Made by a program: the position numbers and the translations under genes. This document shows positions 9,128-17,318 of a DNA stretch of 64,000 nucleotides, one piece after another (positions within the stretch are counted from its first letter, which is position 1; every line of letters begins with the position of its first letter). Source of the DNA: Candidatus Multivorans sp. (lineage in GTDB: Bacteria; Acidobacteriota; Thermoanaerobaculia; Multivoradales; Multivoraceae); NCBI GenBank assembly GCA_965247095.1, contig OZ251997.1, positions 3,360,001 to 3,424,000 of the forward strand, read 5' to 3'. The notes below the pieces were generated by a model. It did no database searches and was not told the DNA's origin. It saw only the letters and a program-made list of their open reading frames with translations.

Positions 9128-10261
9128 ATGCAACTCGGCATCCTGGGCCTGCCCAAGGCCGGCAAGACGGCGCTGTTCAATGCGCTCACTGCCTCCCGGC
9201 AGGCGACCGGCAAGTTCCGGGCCTCGAACACCACGAACGTTGGAATCGCCCAGGTACGGGACCGGCGCCTGGAGAAGCTCCGGGATCTCTACCAGCCGCG
9301 GCGCTACGTGCCGGCGCAGGTCCGATGCGTCGATGTTCCCGGCATCGACCGGGGCCGGGGAGAGACCCTGGACCTGGCTGAACTGCGGATGATGGACGCC
9401 CTGGTCCACGTCGTGCGCGCCTTTGAGGACCCGGAACTCCTGCACCCGGCGGGTCGCATCGACCCGCAGCGCGACATCGCCACGATCGATCTGGAGCTGA
9501 TTCTCGCGGACCACGAGGTGGTGGAGCGGCGACTGGAGCGTCTCGATCAGGCGCAGAAGAGAGGCCTCACCGACCTGGAGAAGCGGGAGCGCGCGATGCT
9601 GTCGGACCGCATTCTGCCGGCGCTCGAGGCGGAAACACCGCTGCGCCTCATGGACCTCGACGCGGAGGACGAGAAGCGGCTGCGCGGCTACGGCCTCCTG
9701 TCCCGAAAGCCGATGCTGGTGGTGCTGAATGTCGACGAGGACGTGGCGGGCGACCCCGCTGCGGTGGCCGGGGTCGAAGCGCCGCCCGGGGCCGAACCCG
9801 GGTGGCGCGAAGCCGCGCCAGCCGCGAACCAGTCCGGGCGCTCGTCATCGAGCGCTCGGATGGACCTCCTTGCCGTGAGCGCTTGCCTGGAAGAGGAGAT
9901 CTCCCGTCTCGACCTGGCCGATCAGGGCGACTTCCTGGCCGAAGCGGGACTCGACCAGCCGAGTGCGGTCCGGGTGGTGCAGGCGGGCTACGAGCTGCTG
10001 GGGCTGATCTCCTTCTTCACCGTCGGCGACGACGAGGTCCGCGCGTGGACCATCCGCCGGGGCAGCGCGGCGGTGACCGCGGCGGGCGCCGTTCACTCCG
10101 ACATCGAGCGTGGCTTCATTCGCGCCGAGGTGACCGGGTGGCAGGAACTGATCGACGCCGGATCGCTGGCCGTCTGCCGCGAACGCGCGACCCTGCGCCT
10201 GGAGGGCAAGGGGTACCGTGTGCAGGACGGCGAGGTCGTCCACTTCCGGTTCAACGTGTAG
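9128..10261 (+). CDS. ychF: Redox-regulated ATPase YchF
   Basis: GILGLPKAGKT P-loop, DVPG, HVVRAF, FFTVGDDEVRAWT, IRAEV, LRLEGKGYRVQDGEVVHFRFNV. Confidence 0.95.
   Translation: MQLGILGLPKAGKTALFNALTASRQATGKFRASNTTNVGIAQVRDRRLEKLRDLYQPRRYVPAQVRCVDVPGIDRGRGETLDLAELRMMDALVHVVRAFEDPELLHPAGRIDPQRDIATIDLELILADHEVVERRLERLDQAQKRGLTDLEKRERAMLSDRILPALEAETPLRLMDLDAEDEKRLRGYGLLSRKPMLVVLNVDEDVAGDPAAVAGVEAPPGAEPGWREAAPAANQSGRSSSSARMDLLAVSACLEEEISRLDLADQGDFLAEAGLDQPSAVRVVQAGYELLGLISFFTVGDDEVRAWTIRRGSAAVTAAGAVHSDIERGFIRAEVTGWQELIDAGSLAVCRERATLRLEGKGYRVQDGEVVHFRFNV
9794..9864 (+). repeat. Double-hairpin palindromic element (module X) inserted in-frame in ychF
   Basis: GAACCCGGGTGGCGCGAAGCCGCGCCAGCCGCGAACCAGTCCGGGCGCTCGTCATCGAGCGCTCGGATGGA; encodes EPGWREAAPAANQSGRSSSSARMD. 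Confidence 0.85.
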
Positions 10262-10289
10262 TCCGGCGCGAAGAGGTAACCTGCGCTGG

Positions 10290-10991
10290 ATGGACCGGAG
10301 GGGACCTTTCCGGCTCGACGATCGCCGCATCGCCTTCCCTCCGCCGCGGTTGGCGGATCCAAGCGGCCTGCTCGCGGTGGGTGGAGGCCTCGAGCCGGAG
10401 CGGCTGCTCGCCGCCTACCGGTCCGGCATCTTCCCCTGGCCGCTGCTGGGTCCAGACGGGCCCATGCTGTGGTTCTCGCCCGATCCGCGTCTGGTGCTCT
10501 ATCCGGAGCGGTTCAGAATGTCGCGCAGTTTGCGGCGCGAACTCCGGCGCGACCCGTTCGAGGTCGCGATCGACACGCGCTTCAGAGAGGTCATTGTGGC
10601 CTGCGCCGAGAACCCCCGTCCCGGACAGGAGGGGAGCTGGATCACAGATCCGCTGATCGACGCGTTCGAGCGCCTGCACCGGCTCGGCCACGCTCACTCG
10701 ATCGAATGCCTCAAGGGCGGCGAGTTGGTGGGCGGCCTCTACGGGGTCTCGATCGGCGGAGCGTTCTTCGGTGAATCGATGTTCGCCCGCCGCTCCAACT
10801 CGTCCAAGATCGCGCTGGTTCACCTGGTTCGCCGCCTCGAACGGTGGGGCTACGCGTTCGTGGACTGCCAGCAGGTCACCGAGCATCTGCTCCGGTTCGG
10901 CGCCGAGGAGATCCCGCGCGGCCGCTTTCTGGACGAACTCGAAGCGGCTCTTAGGCTCCCCGGCCGTCCGGGTTCGTGGCGCTCCCCGTAG
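10290..10991 (+). CDS. aat: Leucyl/phenylalanyl-tRNA--protein transferase
   Basis: GLLAVGG, AYRSGIFPW, WFSPDPR, GHAHSIE, LVGGLYGV, FFGESMF, SKIAL, DCQ. Confidence 0.95.
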   Translation: MDRRGPFRLDDRRIAFPPPRLADPSGLLAVGGGLEPERLLAAYRSGIFPWPLLGPDGPMLWFSPDPRLVLYPERFRMSRSLRRELRRDPFEVAIDTRFREVIVACAENPRPGQEGSWITDPLIDAFERLHRLGHAHSIECLKGGELVGGLYGVSIGGAFFGESMFARRSNSSKIALVHLVRRLERWGYAFVDCQQVTEHLLRFGAEEIPRGRFLDELEAALRLPGRPGSWRSP

Positions 10992-10997
10992 CTGCGG

Positions 10998-11948
10998 TCA
11001 GGAGTACGGTTCCAGTTGCGTCAACCGGGTGAGGACCGCGTTGGCGATCTGTGAGCCCACCTCCGCCTCGAAGACGAGAATGTCGCTTTCGGCGCCGTCG
11101 TAGGACTCGCTCCAGAGTACGGTTCCGTCCTCGGCCAGGAGCAGGCGGGCCCAGACCCGGAGGCGATCCTGCTCCCGCTGAACCCGGCCGTCGAGCAGGT
11201 AGTCGGCTGAAAGCCCGTTCGCTCCGCCGCCGGCGCTTGGGAAGGGTCGGGCGTCGTACGCGACGACCGCCAGCCGATCGCCCGCCTGCTGGCCGAGCGA
11301 CGTGATGAGCTCCTGGGCCAGGCCCTGGCGGAACGGCTCGGCGCCGGACCATGTCTCCACCGCCGCGAAGGGCAGGACCGCCAGCACCTGCCGTGACGGT
11401 TCGCTCGCGGTGGATGGTCCGGAGTCCAGCGTGCGCCAGACGAAGATCGTGGCGACGATGCCGAGGGCCGCCCCGAGAGCGGCGAGCACGGCGCCGGGTC
11501 CTGACCGCCAGCGCCGGGCGGTGCCGCCCCTGCTGAGGGTCGGTTCGTCGCCGTCGTTGACGTCGCTGACGGGCTTCAGGAAGCGGTACCCGAGGCGCGG
11601 CAGCGTTTCGATGTACTCGGGTGTGTCGGCGCTGTCGCCAAGTGCGACCCGGATCCGCTTGACACAGGAGTTCATGCTCTGGTCGTACTCGACGTGGACT
11701 TCGTCGGGCCAGAGATGGCGGCGGACGGCCTCGCGCGAGACCACTGCGCCACGGTGCGCGATCAGTAACTCGAGGAGTCGGGCGGGTTGGGGCTGAAGCC
11801 GTACCGTGCGCCCGAGGCCGGAGAGTTCGAGGGTCTCGGGATCGAAGCGGAACTCGCCGAACTTAAGCCGGCGAGGGCGTGCAGGGAAGGTGCGGTCGGG
11901 TTTCGTGCCCAGGCGTCCCTCGTGCGACGAGTCGTTATCGCGCTGCAT
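10998..11948 (-). CDS. Membrane-anchored winged-helix (OmpR/CadC/ToxR-type) transcriptional regulator with TolB-N-like domain
   Basis: FGEFRFDP...RLQPQPARLL...IETLPRLGYRF wHTH; one TM helix; LAVLPF...YLLDGRVQR. Confidence 0.85.
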   Translation of the reverse strand: MQRDNDSSHEGRLGTKPDRTFPARPRRLKFGEFRFDPETLELSGLGRTVRLQPQPARLLELLIAHRGAVVSREAVRRHLWPDEVHVEYDQSMNSCVKRIRVALGDSADTPEYIETLPRLGYRFLKPVSDVNDGDEPTLSRGGTARRWRSGPGAVLAALGAALGIVATIFVWRTLDSGPSTASEPSRQVLAVLPFAAVETWSGAEPFRQGLAQELITSLGQQAGDRLAVVAYDARPFPSAGGGANGLSADYLLDGRVQREQDRLRVWARLLLAEDGTVLWSESYDGAESDILVFEAEVGSQIANAVLTRLTQLEPYS

Positions 11949-12081
11949 GAGCTTGCCCTTGGACTACTGCGAGTGAGCTGTTGTTTGGCGTTTTCCAGCC
12001 CCGAAAGTGGTGTTCCGAATTGGGGACCCTGGTTTTAGAGGACACAAAAGGACACTACGCACGAAGCATTCCGGGCGATGC

Positions 12082-12117
12082 GTGACAGTTGTGTGACCAG
12101 TTCGTGACCCCCGTGAC
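12082..12117 (-). promoter_or_regulatory. Phased GTCAC direct repeats (Pho-box/OmpR-family-like site) upstream of the wHTH regulator
   Basis: GTGAC on + at 12082, 12093, 12104, 12113 (11/11/9 spacing); minus strand GGTCACACAACTGTCAC resembles a Pho box. Confidence 0.5.
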
Positions 12118-12409
12118 CTGCGCCGTCGCTTGCTATGGCAAGCGCGGACCCAAGCCTGGATCACTGTGCGGAGCTACTGGCGCCAGGGGAGCGACGGAGC
12201 GTCAGGTACCGCGATTTCGGCGGTCCGTTGGCTCTGAGGGAACATCGGATGCATCGCGTGTCCGAGTCCTGGCCGGCCCTGGCTTCTCGCGGTGCAACGC
12301 CTGGGCGGGAGCCGAACATTCCGGCCCCGGGCCTCGGCGTGTTTGTCAGGGGACGTAAATCCTTGGCACAGTCGTACTTACGGCGTCGGTGTGCTAGGTT
12401 CTGCGGGCC

Positions 12410-12460
12410 AAAAAAAGAGGATAGGGACCGCTCCGGGGTTCTCACCCGAACCGACCTTAG
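12410..12460 (-). terminator. 3' end of the large RNA: GGGU-GAGA-ACCC hairpin, terminal helix strand and U-tract
   Basis: Minus strand ...GGTTCGGGTGAGAACCCCGGAGCGGTCCCTATCCTCTTTTTTT. Confidence 0.6.
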
Positions 12461-13272
12461 GTCTCTCATCCCTCGCTCGCGTTTCCTCAACCCTTCAGCT
12501 TGGCGGGCATCCGGTCGTGGAGCGCTTTGCGCGCCACCGATCCTTCCGTTCAGGCCTGGGCGCCCTCGCCTTGCGGCTCCGGCGGTGGAACCTTGCGGCC
12601 CCTCCAGCCCCGTCCGAGTTTGCCGGGACTCCCCTTCGCCTACCCGTTGCCTTCGGGTCTCCCGCTCCGGCTTGCGCCTTCGCATTCAACCCTCCGGCTC
12701 GGGTGGCCGAAAGGTCCGCGCCGTCGTTCCGCCATGGCCGGTTCCTCGGCTTGCGCCTCCGAACCGATCACTTTGCGGCCCGCCGTCGCGGGGACTCCCT
12801 GCCTCTCTCTCCGCCGACATGGCGCCTTTGGGGGTACTTCGTCGCTCAACTGGTCGGGTCTCACGACGAAGCCCCCGAAGCGTCTGCCGATGAAGCGCTT
12901 CAGTTAGCGATCAGCCTTCCGTTGCTGCCGGGCAACTTCCGACCGTTCGCCCCCCTGAAGCCGCCTCCCTGGTTCAGGCGCCACGAGGCTTGCGCCCCTC
13001 GGTGCCACTCCCGGGGAAGCCTTCGGCTACGGGAGTCACTCGCTAGCTGGAACTCCATGTCGTCGGGGTCGCTCCGGCTTGCGCCTCGGTTTCCCCGGCT
13101 CCAAATGGCTCCTGCCACCGAGCCCGGCTCTCAAGTCGTGACCTTCCTACCCTCGCTCTTCAAGTGCGCCCACCACGCGAACGTGACTTTCGCCCTTCTC
13201 AAGCTCCGATCTGAGGGCCTCGGCTCTTGGACCGGTGGATTGGGTTGCGATCCTTGGTCACAGTCCCTATCC
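12419..13272 (-). ncRNA. Candidate large (~854 nt) highly structured non-coding RNA of unrecognised class
   Basis: 5' GGAUAGGGACUG pairs with 3' CGGUCCCUAUCC; four GGC-GCAA-GCC hairpins plus other GNRA/UUCG loops; own promoter and U-tract; no credible ORF. Confidence 0.75.
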
Positions 13273-13279
13273 GCGAAAC

Positions 13280-13309
13280 AACGTATAGGGCGCCTGAAGG
13301 TTGTGTCAA
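13280..13309 (-). promoter_or_regulatory. Sigma70-type promoter of the large RNA
   Basis: TTGACA (13309-13304), 18-nt spacer, TACGTT (13285-13280); 7 nt further is G13272, the first base of the terminal helix. Confidence 0.75.
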
Positions 13310-13492
13310 GGGAAGGGCGGCGGACGGCCTCGGGCCGATGCTTGCGGGAGAGCCTTAACCGATTGAACCTCAGCAACTTGACCCTTGCAACCTTGAATTC
13401 GATCGGGTCGGTGACGGCTGCGGATTTCCTGCGGAATCGGGTGGCTGCCGCAGAAGCCGGCTCGTTTGCTCCCGCTTGCGGGGCGGCGCGGA

Positions 13493-13568
13493 TGGTGCCC
13501 AGGGGCGGATTCGAACCACCGACACCCTGATTTTCAGTCAGGTGCTCTACCGACTGAGCTACCTGGGC
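13493..13568 (-). tRNA. tRNA-Phe(GAA)
   Basis: GCCCAGGTAGCTCAGTCGGTAGAGCACCTGACTGAAAATCAGGGTGTCGGTGGTTCGAATCCGCCCCTGGGCACCA: cloverleaf, GAA anticodon, encoded CCA. Confidence 0.98.
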
Positions 13569-13604
13569 AAGTCGCGCGCGCCGGCCAGGGCGCTAGAGCA
13601 GCGT

Positions 13605-13634
13605 GTTCTAACAGGCATGCGGCGAGCCAGTCAA
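13605..13634 (-). promoter_or_regulatory. Putative sigma70 promoter of tRNA-Phe
   Basis: TTGACT, 18 nt, TAGAAC, preceded by TG. Confidence 0.45.
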
Positions 13635-13671
13635 TGGAGCGCCGGGTGCAGAACGACTAGAGTAGTGGACC

Positions 13672-16600
13672 ATGCGACAATCCAGAAGCGCCGTCCAGCG
13701 TAGACCTGCTCACCTTCCCGCGGACCGAAGGGGCTTCGGCGCGGGCTCGCGATCGGGCTTCCTGGTCGCCCTTACGGCCGCGTCGATCAGCCTGCTGACG
13801 ATGGGAGTTGAGGCGGCGCAAGGACAGCGCCTGCTGAGCCTGGGCTCTGAACCGGCGGAACCTCCAGTCGCCGAGGCCGCACGCATCGACCCGGTCGCGG
13901 GGCCCGTGACGGTGCAGGTCGATCTCGATCTGGTCCGTTCGGCGCCGTCTCGGCTGGAACTGCCGACTTCAGACGGTCGGGTGCTCGTCGCGGAGCGGAG
14001 CGTCTTCGAGGATCGCGGCAACGGCAACGTGATGTGGGCGGGCAGCTTTCCTGGAGCGGGCTACGAGAGCGTCGTCCTGACGGTGGAGGACGGTAGCTTT
14101 GTGGGGCGGTTCGGCGAACCGGGAGGCGCCAAGTTCCGAATCAGCGCGGATCCGTCAGGTCGCGGCAGGATGGTCGACACCGCGCGCACCGGGTGACGCC
14201 CCGGAGACCTTCTGTCCGGTCGGTCTGGAGCCCGACAGTCTGTCGCGGGTCGGCCCGGTAGAGCCGCGGCGCGTCGACCTGCAGCAGCGGGTGGCGAGTC
14301 CCCAAAGCCACGACCGGCTGGACATCCTGGTGCTTTACACGGCGCAGGCGGCGCGGAACTGGGCGAACCGCGGCGGCGCCGTGGCCTCGATCCGGAACGC
14401 CGGCGACTATCTCAACCTGGTGCTCCGTAACGGCCAGTTGGGAGTCGAAGCGAACATCGTCCACGTCGCCAGAGCGCCCGCTGCTCTCGAGGCCGTGGCC
14501 AGAGATGGTGTTGGCCCGTACGGCGGCAACCTGCTCACGCAACTGCGCTGGAACGGCGACGTCCTTCAACTACGAAGGCAGCACGATGCCGACCTGGTCC
14601 ATCTGTTCACGGGCGAGAGCACGAGACTGCTCCAGTTTTGCGGTTTCGCCTCCTTGCTGCCCCGCGACTGGACGGCTGACCGGTTCTCGCCCTTCGCTCA
14701 CGGCTGGACCACGAACGACTGTTCCGGCGACGATCTAATCTTCGCCCACGAGATCGGCCACGGATTGGGCGCCAACCACGACCCTCCGAATGCCACTCAG
14801 ACTCAGATTGAGCAGGCCGTAACGCCGTACGCATTCGGCCACGCCAACCAAGATCACATACCGAACGTCGGAACGCTCATGAGCTACCGCGGCCAGACGG
14901 AGCCGTACTTCTCGTCCGTGCGGATCAGGCCCAGGCGACGGACGATCGGCGTCGCTGGCGAGCAGGAGAACGAGCGCGCGCTTCGCAGCACCGTGAAGAT
15001 CGGCGTAGGCTACAGCGACGCGATACAGCCGCCGTCGGAGGACGCCCCCGCCGCGCCGACGAACGTTCGCGTCGAGGTAACCGGGGCGACATCAGCTCGC
15101 GTCAGTTGGGACGACAACTCGGACGATGAAGAGGGCTTTCGAGTCTGGGTTGCAGCAGCAGGGTGAACCGATCGCGGTCGGGCGATTGGTTGGCGCCGAC
15201 CAGGAGTCTTTCGAAGTCGATGACCTCGAGCTTGGCTTCAACTTCTTCTGGGTGACTTCGCACATCGGCAGCGCCCGTTCCTGGAGAACCAGCTTCGTGG
15301 ATGCCGTCGTGCCTGGGGCCGAGCCGGCCGCGCCGACGGATTTGAGCGTCACATCGTTCGGAAGCTTCGCGATCGTGACGTGGACCGACAACTCGGACGA
15401 CGAGACCGGCTTCGAAGTCCAGGTTCTGCGCGGGGGCGAACTCTGGTTCCGGGACGCCCTCCCCGCCGGTCAACGGTTCGCCATCGTCACGGGCCTTGAG
15501 CCAGGCGTTCGCTACGTCTATCGGGTGTCCGCGTACGGTAGTGGCGGCTTGTCCTGGAGCGAGAACGTGGCCGTGGTGTCGCCGGAGCGTAGCGGGCCCG
15601 CGCCACCCACGAATCTCCGCGCGACCCTGACCGACGCCACCTCGGTTCGCCTGACCTGGACCGACAACTCGGCCGACGAGGTCGGTTTTCAGGTTCGGGC
15701 CGCCGTCTGGGGTTGGTCCGAGTTCTTCCCGGTTGACGCCGACACGGAATCCATCGAGATTCCCGGGCTGGCCCGAGGCGGTCGCTATTTCTTCAGCGTG
15801 GTGGCCGAGGACGCCGAGGGACTCACCGGGTTGAGTGACACCCTGATCGTCCCGCTCGGTGTGGGCGGCCGGGGACCGCGGGCGCCGAGGCGTCTTCGAG
15901 CGACACCGATCGACCCGGTCTCCGCGCGACTGACGTGGGAGGACGACTCGACGGACGAACTGGGCTTCGAGATCCAGGTCCGGCAGTTCGGCGACTGGGG
16001 GCGAACCGCCCTGGTCGGTGCCAACGAGGAGGCCTTTCTGCTGAGAGGCCTGACGCCCGGGAGCGTCGACGACTACCGCGTCTTCGCGTACAACGACACC
16101 GGATTCTCCGGTGCCAGCAACTCCGTGACCGTGAAACTACGCGGGGGCACCGTCCCCACGGAGTTCACGGCGGCGCCATCGGGCGCCTCTGCAATCGACC
16201 TGAAGTGGTCCGGGAGGTGGGCCCAGAGGTCGCTTGGCCTTGTCTCGGTCGAGGGGCGCAACCCCGAATCCGGCTGGGTTGAACTGGTGACAGCCGAAGC
16301 CGCGGCCGGTTCGGTTCAGGTCACCGGTCTGATGACCGACACCCCCTACACTTTCCGTCTCGCAGCGTTGGCCGGCGGCTCACGGTCGTTCTCCGAGGAA
16401 GCCAGCGCGACCACGGGCGCCTACCGCGACGCCTGCCGTACAGGCGGGCAGTACCTGTGCCTGCGGGATGGCCGCTTCGAGGTGCAGGCGCACTGGACGA
16501 ACCCGGACATAGTGGGTGACTACGGCTTCGGCACCGGGGTTCCCATCGACTTTTCCGACGAATCGGGTCTGTTCTGGTTCTTCGAGCCGAACAACGTGGA

Positions 16601-17264
16601 ACTGGTCATCAAGGTTCTCGACGGCCGCGCGCTCAACGGCAACTACTGGGTCTTCTTCGGCGCCCTTTCGGACGTGGAGTACTGGGTCACGGTGGAAGAC
16701 ACACAGGGCCAGCAACGGCTCACGTACCACAACCCGCCCAAGGAAATCTGTGGGCAGAGCGACATCGCGGCCTTCTCAGGCGGCGGCTTGGCGGCGAGCC
16801 CTGCCTCGCCGGCCGGGGTTCCGGCCCAACCCGGGATCGACCTGGTGAAACTGAAAGCGGTGGCGCTGCCCGCGACGCGCATCGGCCGACCGCAGGAGAC
16901 GGGCGGGCAGTGCGAGCCGGGCCAGGAGCTGCTCTGCCTGCTCGACAATCGCTTTGCGGTCGAGGTCAGTCTCGTCGATCCCAACGTCGAGCCTCCGCTC
17001 GACCCCACAAAGATCGCCAAGGTCGCGCCTTCTCTGACCACGGCCAACACCGGATTCTTCTGGTTCTTCAACCCGGAGAACATCGAGCTGGCGGTGAAGG
17101 TGCTCGATGGACGGGCGATCAACGGCAGCTTCTGGGTCCTGTACGGCGGTCTCTCGGACGTGGAGTACAAGATGACGGTCGAGGACACGGTCACGGGTTC
17201 AGCGGCCGGGTACGCCAACAAGAAGGGGAGTATCTGCGGGCACGTCGATACCGAGCCCTTCTGA
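13672..17264 (+). CDS. Large secreted M12B/reprolysin-like zinc metalloprotease with FN3 repeats and two C-terminal repeat domains; split over three ORFs by two +1 frameshifts (recoded, pseudogene or assembly error)
   Basis: ORFs 13672-14196, 14099-15166, 15126-17264 in frames 1, 2, 3; HEIGHGLGANH and GTLMSY Met-turn; repeated WxDNSxDExGF FN3 units; CLxDxRF...FWFF...KVLDGR x2. Confidence 0.8.
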
Positions 17265-17318
17265 TCCCCGCAGCCGCCCTTTCGGCCGCCTTCGGCGTGT
17301 TACGCTGCGCCGACTCCG

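Noticed and set aside
12364-12380. Sigma54 promoter at TGGCACAGTCGTAC
   Set aside because: The -12 TTGC element is missing; the segment is better explained as an imperfect inverted repeat (12361-12398).
12419-13272. RNase P RNA, tmRNA, rRNA fragment or group II intron as the identity of the large RNA
   Set aside because: No GAGGAAAGUCC or ACAGAACCCGGCUUA, no tRNA-Ala-like ends or tag ORF, no rRNA signatures, no GUGCG start or domain V, no interrupted host gene.
12292-13530. 412-aa + strand ORF and other ORFs across 12135-13376
   Set aside because: Overlaps tRNA-Phe antisense, lacks GC3 codon bias, and its RLAP repeats are translations of GGC-GCAA-GCC hairpins.
13493-13568. tRNA-Phe as attachment site of an integrated element
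   Set aside because: No duplicated tRNA 3' end, integrase or phage genes seen in the window.
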